Positions 12,601 to 25,007 of a DNA stretch of 64,000 nt are shown here, piece after piece. The stretch spans positions 107,386,001 through 107,450,000 of the forward strand of contig NC_058373.1 of the NCBI RefSeq assembly GCF_018350175.1, written 5' to 3'. Positions within the stretch are counted from its first letter, which is position 1, and the number at the start of each line of letters is the position of its first letter. The position numbers were made by a program, and so were the translations under genes. Source of the DNA: Felis catus. Its lineage: Eukaryota. The notes under the pieces were generated by a model. That model did not search any database, was not told the DNA's origin, and worked only from the letters and a program-made list of their open reading frames with translations.

Positions 12601-13319
12601 CGGTTGATCTTTCATGTGCCTACCAACTTGCAGAGAAGATTTTAGATTATATGATTTCATAACTTCAGTAACTTGGGCTTTATTGCTGGTATTTAGTGAA
12701 TGATTAAGTATGTTTCCAACTGTAATGACTTAAGAGAGCCTGTCTCTTTTGAATATTATTTTTTTCTGGAAAGTGTTCTAGCTCTTGAAAATACCCATTC
12801 TGTATCATCTTTTCTGGGCATTACAACTGATTCTTAAAATGAAAATGAGAGTAATAAAGTAATTTGCGTTACTATGTTAGTGGAACTATAATAGGTTCCT
12901 TCTTTAATTCTTACAGTTTTCTTTTTCTTTCTTTTTTTTTTTTTTCCCTCCTAACCTAACAGTGTGACGTTAATACTGGACTTTTTGTATCAGATGGCAG
13001 GGGAATTTAGTACTTGGCAGGTTATGAAGAAGACACTTTGAAACAGGAATGTCAAAATGCCACTTAAAATGTTCCACTTGGGCAATCCTCTTCTTAACCT
13101 GTGTAACCCCCTGTACTTAGATTCATTATTCAGAGATTGGATTACTGTGAGATAGTGTAAGATTTCGCTTGACAGTTTCATGTTTATTTAGAAAGACTCT
13201 GAAACATATGGAGGTTAAGGGTTAAAATAATGTTAACAAAGTTTTCTAGGTATTTCACTTCTTTTTTTCCTGTGTATTATTCTAGCCAGGTAAATGAGTA
13301 AATCAGAATATCTAAAACC

Positions 13320-14720
13320 CATTTTTAAAAATTATGGTAAAATATGCACGACATAAACTTTACCATTTTAACTCCTTTTAAGTATATGGTTATTGATATT
13401 AAGTACATTCATATTGTAGTGCATCCATCTCCAGACTTTTTCAATCTTCTCCAACTAAAACTTCTGTACCTATTAAATACTAACATCCTGTCTCCTTCCT
13501 GCCTCACCCTAGCTTCTGGCAGCCACCATTCTACTTTCTGTCTCTATGAATTTGACTACTCTAGGAATCTCAGGTAATTAGAATCATACAGTGTTTGTCC
13601 TTTTGTAACTGGCTTCTTTCTTCTTCTCCTTCTCCTCCTTCTCCTCCTTCTCCTTCTTCTCCTTCTCCTTCTTCTCCTTCTCCTCCTTCCCCTTCCCCTT
13701 CCCCTTCCCCTTCTCCTTCTCCTTCTCCTTCTTCTTTTCTAGTTTATTTATTTTTTTTAACATTTATTTATTTTTGGGACAGAGAGAGACAGAGCATGAA
13801 CAGGGGAGGGGCAGAGAGAGAGGGAGACACAGAATCGGAAGCAGGCTCCAGGCTCTGAGCCATCAACCCAGAGCCTGACGTGGGGCTCAAACTCATGGAC
13901 CGCGAGATCGTGACCTGAGCCGAAGTCGAACGCTCAACCGACTGAGCCACCCAGGCGCCCCTTTTCTAGTTTATTTTTATTTATTTTGAAAGACAGAGAA
14001 CAAGCAAGGGAGGGGCAAAGAGAGAGGGAGACAGAATCCCAAGCAGGCTCCATGCTATCAGCACAGAGCCTGATGTGGGGCTCGAACTCCCAAACTGTGA
14101 GATCATGACCTGAGCTGAAAGTCAAGAGTTGGAGGTTTGACTGAGCCACGTAAGCGCCCCTGTAACTGGCTTATTTTACTTAGCATAATGTTTTTAAGAT
14201 TCATTCATGTTTTAACATGTGTCAACGTTTTTAACTTTTTAAGGCTGAATAATATTCCATTGTGTGTATATGCTACATTCCGTTTATTTATTCATCCATC
14301 AATGGACACGTGGGTTGCTTCTACCTTTTGGCTATTGTCAATAATGATGCTATGAACATTGGTGTACAAATATTTGTTCGAGTTCCTGCTTTCACTGCTT
14401 TTGTGTATATAGTCAATAATGGAATTTTGTTGGCTTATATGATAATTCTATATTTAATATTTTGAGGAATCAACATTCTGTTTTCCATAGTGGGTGTGCC
14501 ATTTTACCTTCCTACCAGCAATGCACAAGAGTTCCAATTTATTTACATCTTTGACAAAACTTGTTATTTTCTGTGGTTTTATTTCTTTGTTTTGGATAAT
14601 AGCCATCCTTAATAGTCATGGATGTTACATGGTATATCATTGTGGTTTTGATTTGCATTTCCTTAATGACTAGAAATGTTAAGCGTCTTTTTATATGCTA
14701 AATGGCAGTTTGAGTCCTTT
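13320..14720 (-). mobile_element. Old L1 (L1MB-like) 3' region carrying nested SINEs
   Basis: Antisense L1 3'UTR (accattctactttctgtctctatgaatttgactact...) resuming after 14160. Confidence 0.88.
13617..14160 (-). mobile_element. Two nested CanSINEs (inner about 13750-13961); outer tail expanded to a 125-bp CT-only repeat
   Basis: Outer TSD tgtaactggctt (13604 and 14161); inner TSD ttttctagtttattt. Confidence 0.92.
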
Positions 14721-15661
14721 GCCAGTGTTTGGGGAAGAACTTTTGAGGTTGCATTGTCAAAGAAGTTATTAATACCTGACAGTAAACTAACTAGGGTGAT
14801 GCTACATGGGATTAAACTTTGTTGAAAAGAAAAACCACAGGTCACATGCAGATGTCTTCAGTGGTTGTTTCTCACTGCCTCAGTTGCACTTTATCACTTT
14901 TAAGTCATAGTTTTTACTTTTTTTTTTCAAATAAAAGAGAAATGTACTGTGTATCCAACTTAGTAACTTAGGAGAAAATAAAGGAAACTAAGGGAGGTAA
15001 CAACAGAACTAAACTATAAACTAGAATATGGTGGGATTAATAACTGCAAGAGCTCGTTTTTATTAAAAAAGCTAGGAATTAAGTTGTTGAGAACTATACA
15101 AAGAAAAAATAACTAGAGTTAGAATCTGAAAACATGGGCTATATAAAAAAATAGGGATTTTTAAAAATTAGAATCTATGTTCAAATGTATGATAAATCTC
15201 AATGTAATGATTTATATAGCTCAGTGGTCTTTAATTTTGTATGCTTGTAATTAAATACAGTCCTTTTATTTTAGTTAGTAGTTATTTCTTTTCAGAAAAA
15301 TCCTGGATGTTTCATTCAACTTAGTTTTTACTACAGAATTCTCTCTATGTGTGTGTTTGTGGGGGTGGGAGGTATAAGTAACTATCATATCCACACATTT
15401 GGTAAGTGAGTTTTTTATTTCATTTTAAAGACTTAAGAGAGTAGAAATTTATGTGGCGAAATTTTGTGGGGAATAATTTAATTAGTGTTCTTGCCTAATT
15501 AGGGCTTTCAGTAAAACACTGAGTACCAAAATTGTCAAAGCTGTATAATAAAAATAGGAAAATATGAGGATGGACTGCACTTATATATGTGCAGAATTCT
15601 ACCATTCACAGTGAATAGATATATACTCTTTAAGGCTAAATTTGAATTTATTATTATTTTT

Positions 15662-15971
15662 AATTATTTTTAACTTTTTAAAATTTTTACCTATGTAAAT
15701 ATAATTTATAGTCAGATTGGCTTACGTACAACACCCAGTGCTCATCCCAACAAGTGCCCTCCTCAATGCCCATCACCCATTTTATTTTTTTGAGAGAGAG
15801 AGAGAGAGAGTGCGCATGCAGCATGTGCAAGCGGGGGAGGGACAGAGAGAGAGAGAGACCGAGAAAATCCCAGGCAGGCTCCAGCTGCTCAGCACAGGAG
15901 AACTCTGAGATCATGACCTGAGCCAAAATCAAGAGTTGGACGCTCAGCTGACCAAGTCACCCTGCAGTCCC
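15662..15971 (-). mobile_element. CanSINE (15780-15971) joined to about 100 bp of felid L1 3' terminus
   Basis: L1 end acacccagtgctcatcccaacaagtgccctcctcaatgcccatcaccca abuts the SINE tail; one TSD gctaaatttgaattta at 15635-15650 and 15975-15990. Confidence 0.88.
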
Positions 15972-16195
15972 AATGCTAAATTTGAATTTAATGATGGATT
16001 TGGTTTTCTTCTTTTAAATCATGTCAATTACCATATGTTAATTATATAATGTGGGTTTCAGTAATATAATAATGAATTGTACCCATGAAATAGCAGAGTT
16101 AATAGATAATATTTTTAAAGTAAGGAATTTAGTCTACAAATAAATAGTAATATGAAAATAATATTAAAAGATATTGCTCTAATTCATTTTTCTAA

Positions 16196-16321
<126 letters not shown>

Positions 16322-17050
16322 TAAGTGTCTAAGAACTTCTCATTGAGGAGCTGATTTTAGGGCTTCACTGTTGGTACTATTTTTAAATTACGCTTTAAAA
16401 ATTTTTTTAGATTTTGAATTTATAGAACTGTACTCTTCTGCAAAAAATGAATGGTTCTTAATACTAAAGGTACACATTATTTTTTCTGTGGTTTTATTAG
16501 GTCTTTTGAGTTAAGATTGGATTATATTAGTTCTCTTTTTAGTGATGTCGTTGGCAGTCATACTGAAGTAGCTGTTCATTTTCAGCTCACTGTGTATTTT
16601 TTTTTTTTTTTTTAGAAATAGGGGTTTAATTTAGTCGTTAGTAAGCCAGTAAAAATATGAGAGTTGTGACCTTGCCATGAAAAAGAGTAGATTTACTCAT
16701 TGTCTGTTGTTTACAGCATAAGTATATTTATGAGAAATGAGCCACAAAATATATTTAGTCAAAAGGTATAATGTAGGGATGGCCCAGTGGCTCAAAAGCC
16801 ATACTATATGCATCTGTTTTGGAAATGAACCTGGGATTGTGACTCTTTTGAGTGATGGATATGATCATAGTCTGTGTCAGTGAACCAGGTGGGTATCTAC
16901 AATATACTTGAAAAGTGTAAGTACAGACTTTGTTGGATGGAACAAATCCATGTCCTGGTCTGGTTTCTCAACCTAAACTTTTGAATGAAAAGAAGACTCA
17001 GAAACCATTGCTTCTTAACAAAATAAAATAGTGTAAAGAATATAATGTGA

Positions 17051-17270
17051 GGGGAGCCTGGGTGGTCATTCGATTAAATGTCCAACTTTGGCTCAGGTCA
17101 TGATCTTACAGTTCATGGGTTTGAGCTCCATATTGGGCTTTGCACTGACAGCTGAGCCTGGAGCCTGCTTTGGATTCTGTGTCTGTCTCTCTCTATCTTC
17201 CCCTCTCCAACTTGTGCTCTCTCTCTCTCTCCCTCTCTTGAAAATAAATAAATATTAGAAAAAAAAAAAA
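17051..17270 (+). mobile_element. CanSINE
   Basis: Head, (CT)n, A-tail; TSD aaagaat(a/g)taatgtga. Confidence 0.93.
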
Positions 17271-17348
17271 GAATGTAATGTGAAAAGAAAGTAATAGGTT
17301 CAGCGACACCAGGTGATTAAAAAGTAATTAAAAAAGAAGACTCCTCCA

Positions 17349-17686
17349 GTCGCCTGGGTGGGTCAGTCGGTTCAGCCTCCGACTCTGGATTTCGGCTCAG
17401 GTCCTGATCCCAGGGTTGTGGGATTGAGCCCCGCGTCTTAATCTGTGCTGAGTGTGGAGCCTGCTTAAGATTCCCCCCCTCCCTCCTCCTCCTTCATTCT
17501 CTCTGTCTCTCTCTCTCTGTCTCTCTCTCTCTGCCTGTCTCTACCCCTCTCCCTTGCTTGTCCTCTCCCTCACTCTAAAAAAAAAAAAAAAGACCCAAAA
17601 AGCAAAACCAAGATAGATGAAACAGATAATAAAACCTACATACAAAAAAAAAAAAAAAAAAAAACAGAAAAAACAACAAAAAAAAT
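17349..17686 (+). mobile_element. CanSINE (older subfamily) with long composite A-rich tail
   Basis: gcctgggtgggtcagtcggtt...ggagcctgcttaagattc head. Confidence 0.88.
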
Positions 17687-18558
17687 CCCTACATGTATCT
17701 TCAAAACCAAAATCTTGAATGTGACGCATAGTATTTTACATATGAAACTGGAGGCTCTAAGGTCAAATTACTATTAAAATGGTAGATAATTTACTAATCT
17801 GCTATTTAGTAGATCTTAATATTTTCTTTAGTTCTGTATTCTCTTAAGGTCCTACATCTTCCAAACATGAAGCCAAAGGGATGTGAAACAAAACCTAAAC
17901 CCCTTTTGAGTTTAAGATAAATTTGTCAAATAATTAGCCAAAATTGAAGCTTGAGACAGACAATAATAGGTTTCATGATGTAAAAAGTTAGTGATAAAGA
18001 TGTTGGTTTCTTATCTTTTATTGGGTTAGCAAGTGCCAGAATTCTAGATCTCAAAATAAATTTTTAAAAAATCTTTATTTTTAATGTTAGTGACAACAAA
18101 GTATGTAAAGTAATATTCCTTTGTTACAGGGCTTTGCATTTTCCAATAGTTTTGTCATCAAAATTACATTTGAAAGATTATGGAAGTAGGCATGCATAAT
18201 GAGAATACAAGTGAAATGGATGAAAACAGTACAAAGGATAGGAAGAGAGAAAAACTATTGCTGTAATGTTCTTACAGTATACACAAAGTGGTATAAGAGT
18301 ATCTGGAGATAGATTGTGATAAGCTAAAGATGTTTAATATAAACCCTACAGCAGTACTAAAAATGTTAGAAAAAATAGAGGGATAGTCGGTAAGTCACTA
18401 GCAGAGAAAATAATGAGATCATAAAAATACTTCATTAATGAAGAGGAGCACAGGAAAAGAGGGTGGCAAAAAATAAAGATATGATACAATTAGGAAACAG
18501 CATAGTAGTGGATTTAGTCTTAACTATGTCTGTAATTGCATTACATATAAATGATCTA

Positions 18559-18731
18559 GGGGGCACCTAGGTGGCTCAGTCAGTTAAGCATCTGACTTTG
18601 GGTCAGGTCATGGGTTTGAGCCCCGCTTCAGGCTCTGTGCAGACAGCTCAGAGCCTGGAGCCTGCTTCGGATTTCTGTGTCTCCCTCTCTCTCTGCCCCC
18701 TCCCCTGTCCATGGTCTTTTGTGTATGTGCG

Positions 18732-18777
<46 letters not shown>

Positions 18778-18795
18778 AATAAATACACATTAAAA
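18559..18795 (+). mobile_element. CanSINE
   Basis: Head ggggcacctaggtggctcagtcagtt, long (CT)n. Confidence 0.93.
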
Positions 18796-18819
18796 AGCAT
18801 CTTTTTAAATGACCTAAAA

Positions 18820-19260
18820 CAGTACTATCCAATACAACTTTCTGATGTGATAGAAATATTATGTCTCTGTTGTCCAAAATAGAAGTCCTCAGTTTCATAT
18901 TTCTACTGAGCACTTGAATGTGTCTAGCGCAGTTGAAGAATTGAATTTTAAATTTTAATTCAGTTTGTTTATTTATTTATTTTTAATGTTTATTTCTTTT
19001 TGAGAGAGAGACAGAGAGACAGAGCACCAACAGGGGAGGGGCAGAGAGAGAGAGAGGAAGACACAGAATCCGAAGCAGGCTCCAGGCTCGAGCCAGCTGT
19101 GTCAGCACAGAGCCGGAGGCGGGACTCAGACCCACGAACTGTGAGATCATGACCTGAGCCAAAGTTGGACGCTTAACCAACTGAGCCACCCAGGCACCCC
19201 TAATTCAGTTTAGTTTAAATAATGATGTATAGCTAGTGGCTCCCATATTGGATAGCACAG
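18820..19260. mobile_element. MER3-like hAT-Charlie MITE interrupted by an antisense CanSINE (18967-19200)
   Basis: Inverted ends cagtactatccaata...tattggatagcacag; internal tactgagcacttgaatgtgtctag; SINE TSD taattcagttt. Confidence 0.82.
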
Positions 19261-19364
19261 GTCTAAATATTCCACATAATAAGCAGAGATTGTCAGATTG
19301 CATTAAACCCAAGATTTACTATATGTTTCCTACAAGGAACTGACCGTTATATGTAAAAATACAG

Positions 19365-20520
19365 TTTCTCTGAGCTTTCCAAGTTTCTCTGTACTTTCTG
19401 GATTTATAATTTGTTGTTTTTCTTTTGTAAATATCTTAACCATTTATTCTTCACAGATTTCTTTTTCTCATTAAAGGATTTCTTTCTCATCTTGCTATTT
19501 GCATAACTAGTATTTCCATAACATTCCTTTTTATAATTTTCACCTCTTTTCTGAAACCCTCTGTTTCTACATGTTCTCTACCTTTTTCACTAGATCCTTT
19601 AACTTAGTAATCATGTTACTTTAAAGTGCCTCTTTGATAGTTCCAACATCTCTGGGTTTGGTTCTGTTGACTATTTTATTTTATGTCGTAATGATAGATT
19701 TGTTTTTCCTGCTTTCTTGTGTTTATTGTAATTCCTGTTTGAATATTGGATAATCTGTGTGACAGAACAGAGACTGAGATAAATAATATTTATGCCTGAA
19801 AATATTTATGTCCTGTTCTTCTGCCAAGGCATTAGTGTAGGGAGTTAAGCATTAAGTCTGTAGTTTGATCTTAGTTTGGGTTTTATTGTTGATTCAGTTG
19901 ATGTTGATAGGCTTCATATTCTTCCATTTATAGTCTGTTGCCACTTCGTGCCTAGTATGAGGCCTGGGGTGCTGGAGGGATCTTTTCAGTCTTCTTGCTC
20001 TACTCTTAGCTCTCAGCAGGTGCTGCCAGCCCGAGCCCCATAGGTATTCTTTCTTGGGTTCTCTCTCCCCAGCAATAGACTACTTCTTCTCTTTACTTGG
20101 AATAAGTTTTGTGGTGGAAACAAGGGGGTTTCTTAGTTCTCCTGTTCTAACTTTAGCCTCAAGAGGTCTTATTTGCTGGAACCTCAGAGTGATGCTTTCT
20201 TGGTGTACCTATCTCTTTCCTGAGGCAAACAACTTTTATCTTTTATTTCAGAGTGCAGGTGTGTTAGCTATTCCTTTCCCAGCTCCACAACTAAACAGTA
20301 GGTGTTGATAGGGATGGGAAGTCTTGGGTGTAAGGCAGTTTTCTCTTCCTCCCCCAATCTCTGCTTTGCATTATTGTGTTAGCACAGGTACAAATGGGTT
20401 TTCTGCCTTTCCTCAGTGTTTGAAGGCTTTTCCCTGTGTCACCACAGAGTTGAGGAGGGTGGCCATAGGTTTTCTACTTTTCCCCCAGTGGCAGCCAACC
20501 TTTGCCTTTCCCAGCAGCTG
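19365..20520 (-). mobile_element. Old L1M ORF1/5' region
   Basis: T-rich antisense L1M-like sequence followed by a GC-richer 5'UTR-like segment. Confidence 0.55.
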
Positions 20521-20889
20521 AGTTCTAGCTGTTTTCGTTTTTTTTTTTGTTTGTTTGTTTTTTTCTTAAAGTTCATTACCTCTAGCATTTAGTGTTTTAT
20601 TTTTGCCGATTCTTACTGGGTTTCTGCAGTGGAATATCCTCATCTTCCTCTTGTAATGTGTTATTTTTGGTGCTGCTGCTATATATACACATGTGTATAT
20701 TTAACTAACCCCATTAGAAATCTGTGTAAAATAGATGTAGCTTAATTAACTGCTTTTTCTCTTTGTTTTGAGTAAATTGTTAAATTTAGTAAACTTTGGC
20801 AACTCTTCTGATTGTTTGGAACCCTTTTTGATTTCATTTTGTCTTTGTCATTATGATTTAGGTTTTAAAATGTAGGGTAAGTGTTCTTT

Positions 20890-23800
20890 TAAAAAATTAA
20901 AAAAAATTTTTTTTAATTTTATTTTTTAAAATTTACATCCAAGTTAGTTTGCATATAGTGCAACAGTCATTTCAGGAGTAGATTCTTAATGCCCCTTACC
21001 CATTTAGCTCATCCCCCCTCCCACATCCCCTCCAGTAACCCTCTGTTCTCCATATTTAAGAGTCTCTTATGTTTTTGTCCTCCCTCCCTGTTTTTATGTT
21101 ATTTTTGCTTCCCTTCCCTTATGTTCATCTGTTTTGTATCTTAAAGTCCTCTTACGAGTGAAGTCGTATTTGTCTTTTTCTGATGAATTTTGCTTAGCAT
21201 AATACCCTCCAGCTCCATCCACATAGTTTTAAATGGCAAGATTTCATTCTTTCTGATTGCTGAGTAATGCTCCATTGTATATACATACCACATCTTCTTT
21301 ACCCATTCATCCACTGATGGACATTTGGGCTCTTTCCATACTTTGGCTATGGTTGATAGTGCTGCTATAAACATTGGGGTGTATGTGCCCCTTTGAAACA
21401 GCATACCTGTGTCCCTTGGGTAAATACCTACTAGTGCAATTGCTGGGTCATAGGGTAGTTCTATTTTTAGTTTTTTGAGGAACCTCCATACTGTTTTCCA
21501 GAGTGGCTGTACCAGTTTGCATTCTCACCAGCAGTGCAAAAGAGATCCTCTTTCTCTGCATCCTCACCAACATCTGTTGTTGCTTGAGTTGTTAATGTTA
21601 GCCATTCTGACAGGTGTGAGGTAGTATCTCATTGTGGTTTTGATTTGTATTTCCCTGATGATGAGTGATGTTCAGCATTTTTTTCATGTGTCGGTTAGCC
21701 ATCTGGATGTCTTCTTTGGAGAAGCGTCTATTCGTGTCTTTTGGCCATTTCTTCACTGGCTTGTTTTTGGGTGTTGAGTTTGATAAGTTCTCTATAGATT
21801 TTGGATACTAACCCTTTATCTGATATGTCATTTGCAAATGTCATTTCCCATTCCATTGGTTGCCTTTTAGTTTTGCGGCTTGTTTCCTTCACCGTGCAGA
21901 AGCTTTTTATTTTGATGAAGTCCCAATAGTTCATTTTTGCTTGTGTTTCCCTTGTATCCAGAGACATGTTAAGAAGTTGCTGCAGCCAAGGTCAAAGAGA
22001 TTTTTGCCTGCTTTCTCCTTGAGGATTTTGCTTCCTGTCTTACATTTAAGTCTTTCATTCATTTTGAGTTTATTTTTATGTGTGGTGTAAGAAAGTGGTC
22101 CAGGTTCATTGTTCTGCATGTCGCTGTCCAATTTTCCCAGCACCTCTTGCTTAAGAGACTGTCTTTATTCCATTGAATATTCTTTCCTGCTTTGTCAAAG
22201 ATTAGTTGGCCATATGTTTGTGAGTCTATTTCTGGGTTTTCTATTCTGTTCCATTGATCCGAATGTCTGTTTTTGTGCCAGTACCATACTGTCTTGATGA
22301 TTACAGCTTTGTAATACAGCTTAAAGTCCGGGATTGTGATGCCTCCTGCTTTGGTTTTCTTTTTCAAGATTGCTTTGGCTATTCGGGGTCTTTTCTGGTC
22401 CCATACAAATTTTAAGATTGTTTGTTCTAGCTCTGTGAAGAATGCTGGTGTTATTTTGATAGGCATTACATTGAATACATAGATTGCTTTGGGTAGTACT
22501 GACATTTTAACAATATTTGTTCTTCCTATCCAGGAGCATGGAATATTTTTCCTTTTTTGTGTGTCGTCTTCAATTTCTTTCATAAGCTTTCCATAGTTTT
22601 CAGTGTATAGATTTTTCACCTCTTTGGTTAGATTTATTCCTAGGTATTTTCTGGTTCTTGGTGCAATTGTAAGTGGGATCAATTCCTTTATTTCTTTTTC
22701 TGATTGTTGGTGTATGGGAAGGCAACTGATTTCTGTGCATTGATTTTATATCCTGGTACTTTGCTGAATTCATGGATCAGTTCTAGCAGTTTTTTGGTGG
22801 AATCTTTTGGGTTTTCCATATAGAGTATCATTTCATCTGCGAAGAGTGAAAGTTTGACCTCCTCCTAGCTGATTTGGATGCTTTTTATTTCTTTGTGTTG
22901 TCTGATTGCTGAGGCTAAGACTTCCAATACTTTGTTGAATAACAGTGGTGAGAGTGGAGATCCCTGTCTTGTTCCTGACCTTAGGGGGAAAGCTCTCAGT
23001 TTTCCCCATTGAGGATAATATTAGCTTTGGGTCTTTCATATATGGCTTTTATGATCTCGAGGTATTCTTCTATCCCTACTTTCTTAAGGGTTTTTCTCAA
23101 GAAAGGATGCTGTATGTCAAATGCTTTCTCTGAATCTATTGAGAGGATCATGTGGTTCTTGTCCTTTCTTTTATTGATGTGATGAATCACATTGATTGTT
23201 TTGCGGATATTGAACCAGCCTTGCATCCCAGGTATAAGTCCCACTTGGTCGTGGTGAATAATTTTTTTAATGTATTGTTGGATCTGGTTGGCTAATATCT
23301 TTTTTTGCATCCATATTCATCAGGGAAATTGGTCTATAGTTCTCCTTTTTAGTGGGGTCTTTGGTTGTGGAATCAAGGTAATGCTGGCTTCATAGAAAGA
23401 GTTTGGAAGTTTTCCTTCCATTTCTATTTTTTGGAACAGCTTCAAGAGAATAGGTGTTAACTCTTCCTTAAATGTTTGGTAGAATTTCCCTGGAAAGCTA
23501 TCTGGCCCTGTACTCTTGTTTTTTGTGGGAGATTTTTGGTTACTAATTCGATTTCTTACTGATTATGGGTCTGTTCCAATTTTCTATTTCTTACTGTTTC
23601 AGTTTTGGTAGATCATATGTTTCTAGGAATTTGTCCATTTCTTCCAGATTTTCCATTTTATTGGCATATAATTGCTCATAATATTCTCTTATTATTGTTT
23701 TTATTTCTGTGTTGGTTGTGATCTGTCCTGTTTCATTCTTGATTTTATTTATTTGGGTCCTTTCCTTTTTCTTTTTGATCAAACTGGCTAGTGGTTTATC

Positions 23801-24607
23801 AATTTTATTAATGCTTTCAAAGGACCAGCTTCTGGTTTCATTGATCTGTTCTGGTTTTTTTGGTTTTGATAACATTGATTTGTGCTCTAATCTGTATTAT
23901 TTCCTGTCTTCTGCTGGTTTGGGGTTTTATTTACTATTCTTTTTCCAGCTCTTTAAGGTATAAGGTTAGGTTGTGTATCTGAGATCTTTCTTCCTTCTTT
24001 AGGAAGGCCTGGATTGCTATACATTCCCCTCTTATGACCACCTTTGCTGCATCCCAGAGGTTTTGGGATGCGGTGTTACCATTTTCATTGGCTTCCGTGT
24101 ACTTTTTAATTTCCTTTTTAACTTCTTGGTTAGCCCATTCATTCTTTAGTAGGATGTTCTTTAGCCTCCAAGTATTTGTTATCTTTCCAACTTTTTTTTA
24201 TTGTGGTTGATTTCGTGTTTCATAGCGTTGTGGTCTGAAAATATGCTTGATATGTTCTTGATCTTTCTGTACTTGTTGGGGGTGGAGAACGTTCCATATG
24301 CACTGGAGAAGAATGTATATTCCGTTGCTTTAGGATGAAGTGTTCTCAATATATCTGTTAAGTCCATCTGGTCCAGTGTGTCATTTGAAGCCATTGTTTC
24401 CTTGTTAATTTTCTGTGTAGATGATCTGTCCATTGCTGTAAGTGAGGTGTTGAAGTCCCCTACTATTATGGTATTATTATCAATGGGTTTCTTTATGTTT
24501 GTGATTAGTTGATTTATATATTTGGGTGCTTTCACATTTGGAGCATAAATGTTTACAGTTGTTAGATCTTCATGGTGGATAGACACCTTAATTACGATAT
24601 AATGCCC
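20890..24607 (-). mobile_element. Felid LINE-1, 5'-truncated in the ORF2 endonuclease, ORF2 disrupted
   Basis: Minus-strand ORF fragments (NIYAPN...[49 protein letters not shown]) are L1 ORF2 in several frames. Perfect 15-bp TSD gggtaagtgttcttt at 20875-20889 and 24608-24622. RT motif reads FADE rather than FADD. Confidence 0.97.
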
Positions 24608-24713
24608 GGGTAAGTGTTCTTTATATAAGGTATTACCATATAGTGTTTGTACTTTTTCCATGTTTTTCTTACCTGCAGTCTTATTTGAACCTAAATAAAG
24701 GAGACTGGATCAC

Positions 24714-24808
24714 TTTTTTTTTCTTTTTCTTTTTCTTTTTTTCTTTTTCTTTTTCTTTTTCTTTTTCTTTTTCTTTTTCTTTTTCTTTTCTTTTCTTTTC
24801 TTTTTTCT
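24714..24808. repeat. (TTTTTC)n / (TTTTC)n pyrimidine microsatellite
   Basis: About 95 bp containing only C and T. Confidence 0.93.
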
Positions 24809-25007
24809 TGGTAGTGATGGTTGGGGGACTTTCATTAGCCATTGACTATTTATAACATAGTTAGTTCCAGAATTCTCAAGGTAGATTTTTGCTGCTCTCA
24901 ACAGACTATACATATATTTTATATCCATAACAGTTAAGAAGGCAAATTTTTTTGATTACAAATAAACATGTATGTATTTAAGTCAGTAGACCTTGACTAT
25001 AATCTTT

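Larger units (their letters stand above)
18200..19355 (+). mobile_element. Old L1M fragment (inter-ORF region and ORF2 start) split by a SINE and MER3
   Basis: attacatataaatgatcta...gtctaaatattcca...agcagagattgtcagattg...ctacaaggaac resembles the ORF2 endonuclease start. Confidence 0.75.

Noticed and set aside
13595..13858. Ser/Pro-rich 87-aa ORF
   Set aside because: Translation of the CT-repeat tail plus antisense SINE.
21141..24661. RT/endonuclease-like ORFs as a functional gene
   Set aside because: Frameshifted fragments of a 5'-truncated L1 ORF2 with a mutated catalytic motif.
24643..24928. Poly-Lys and Phe/Ser ORFs
   Set aside because: Produced by the (TTTTTC)n microsatellite.
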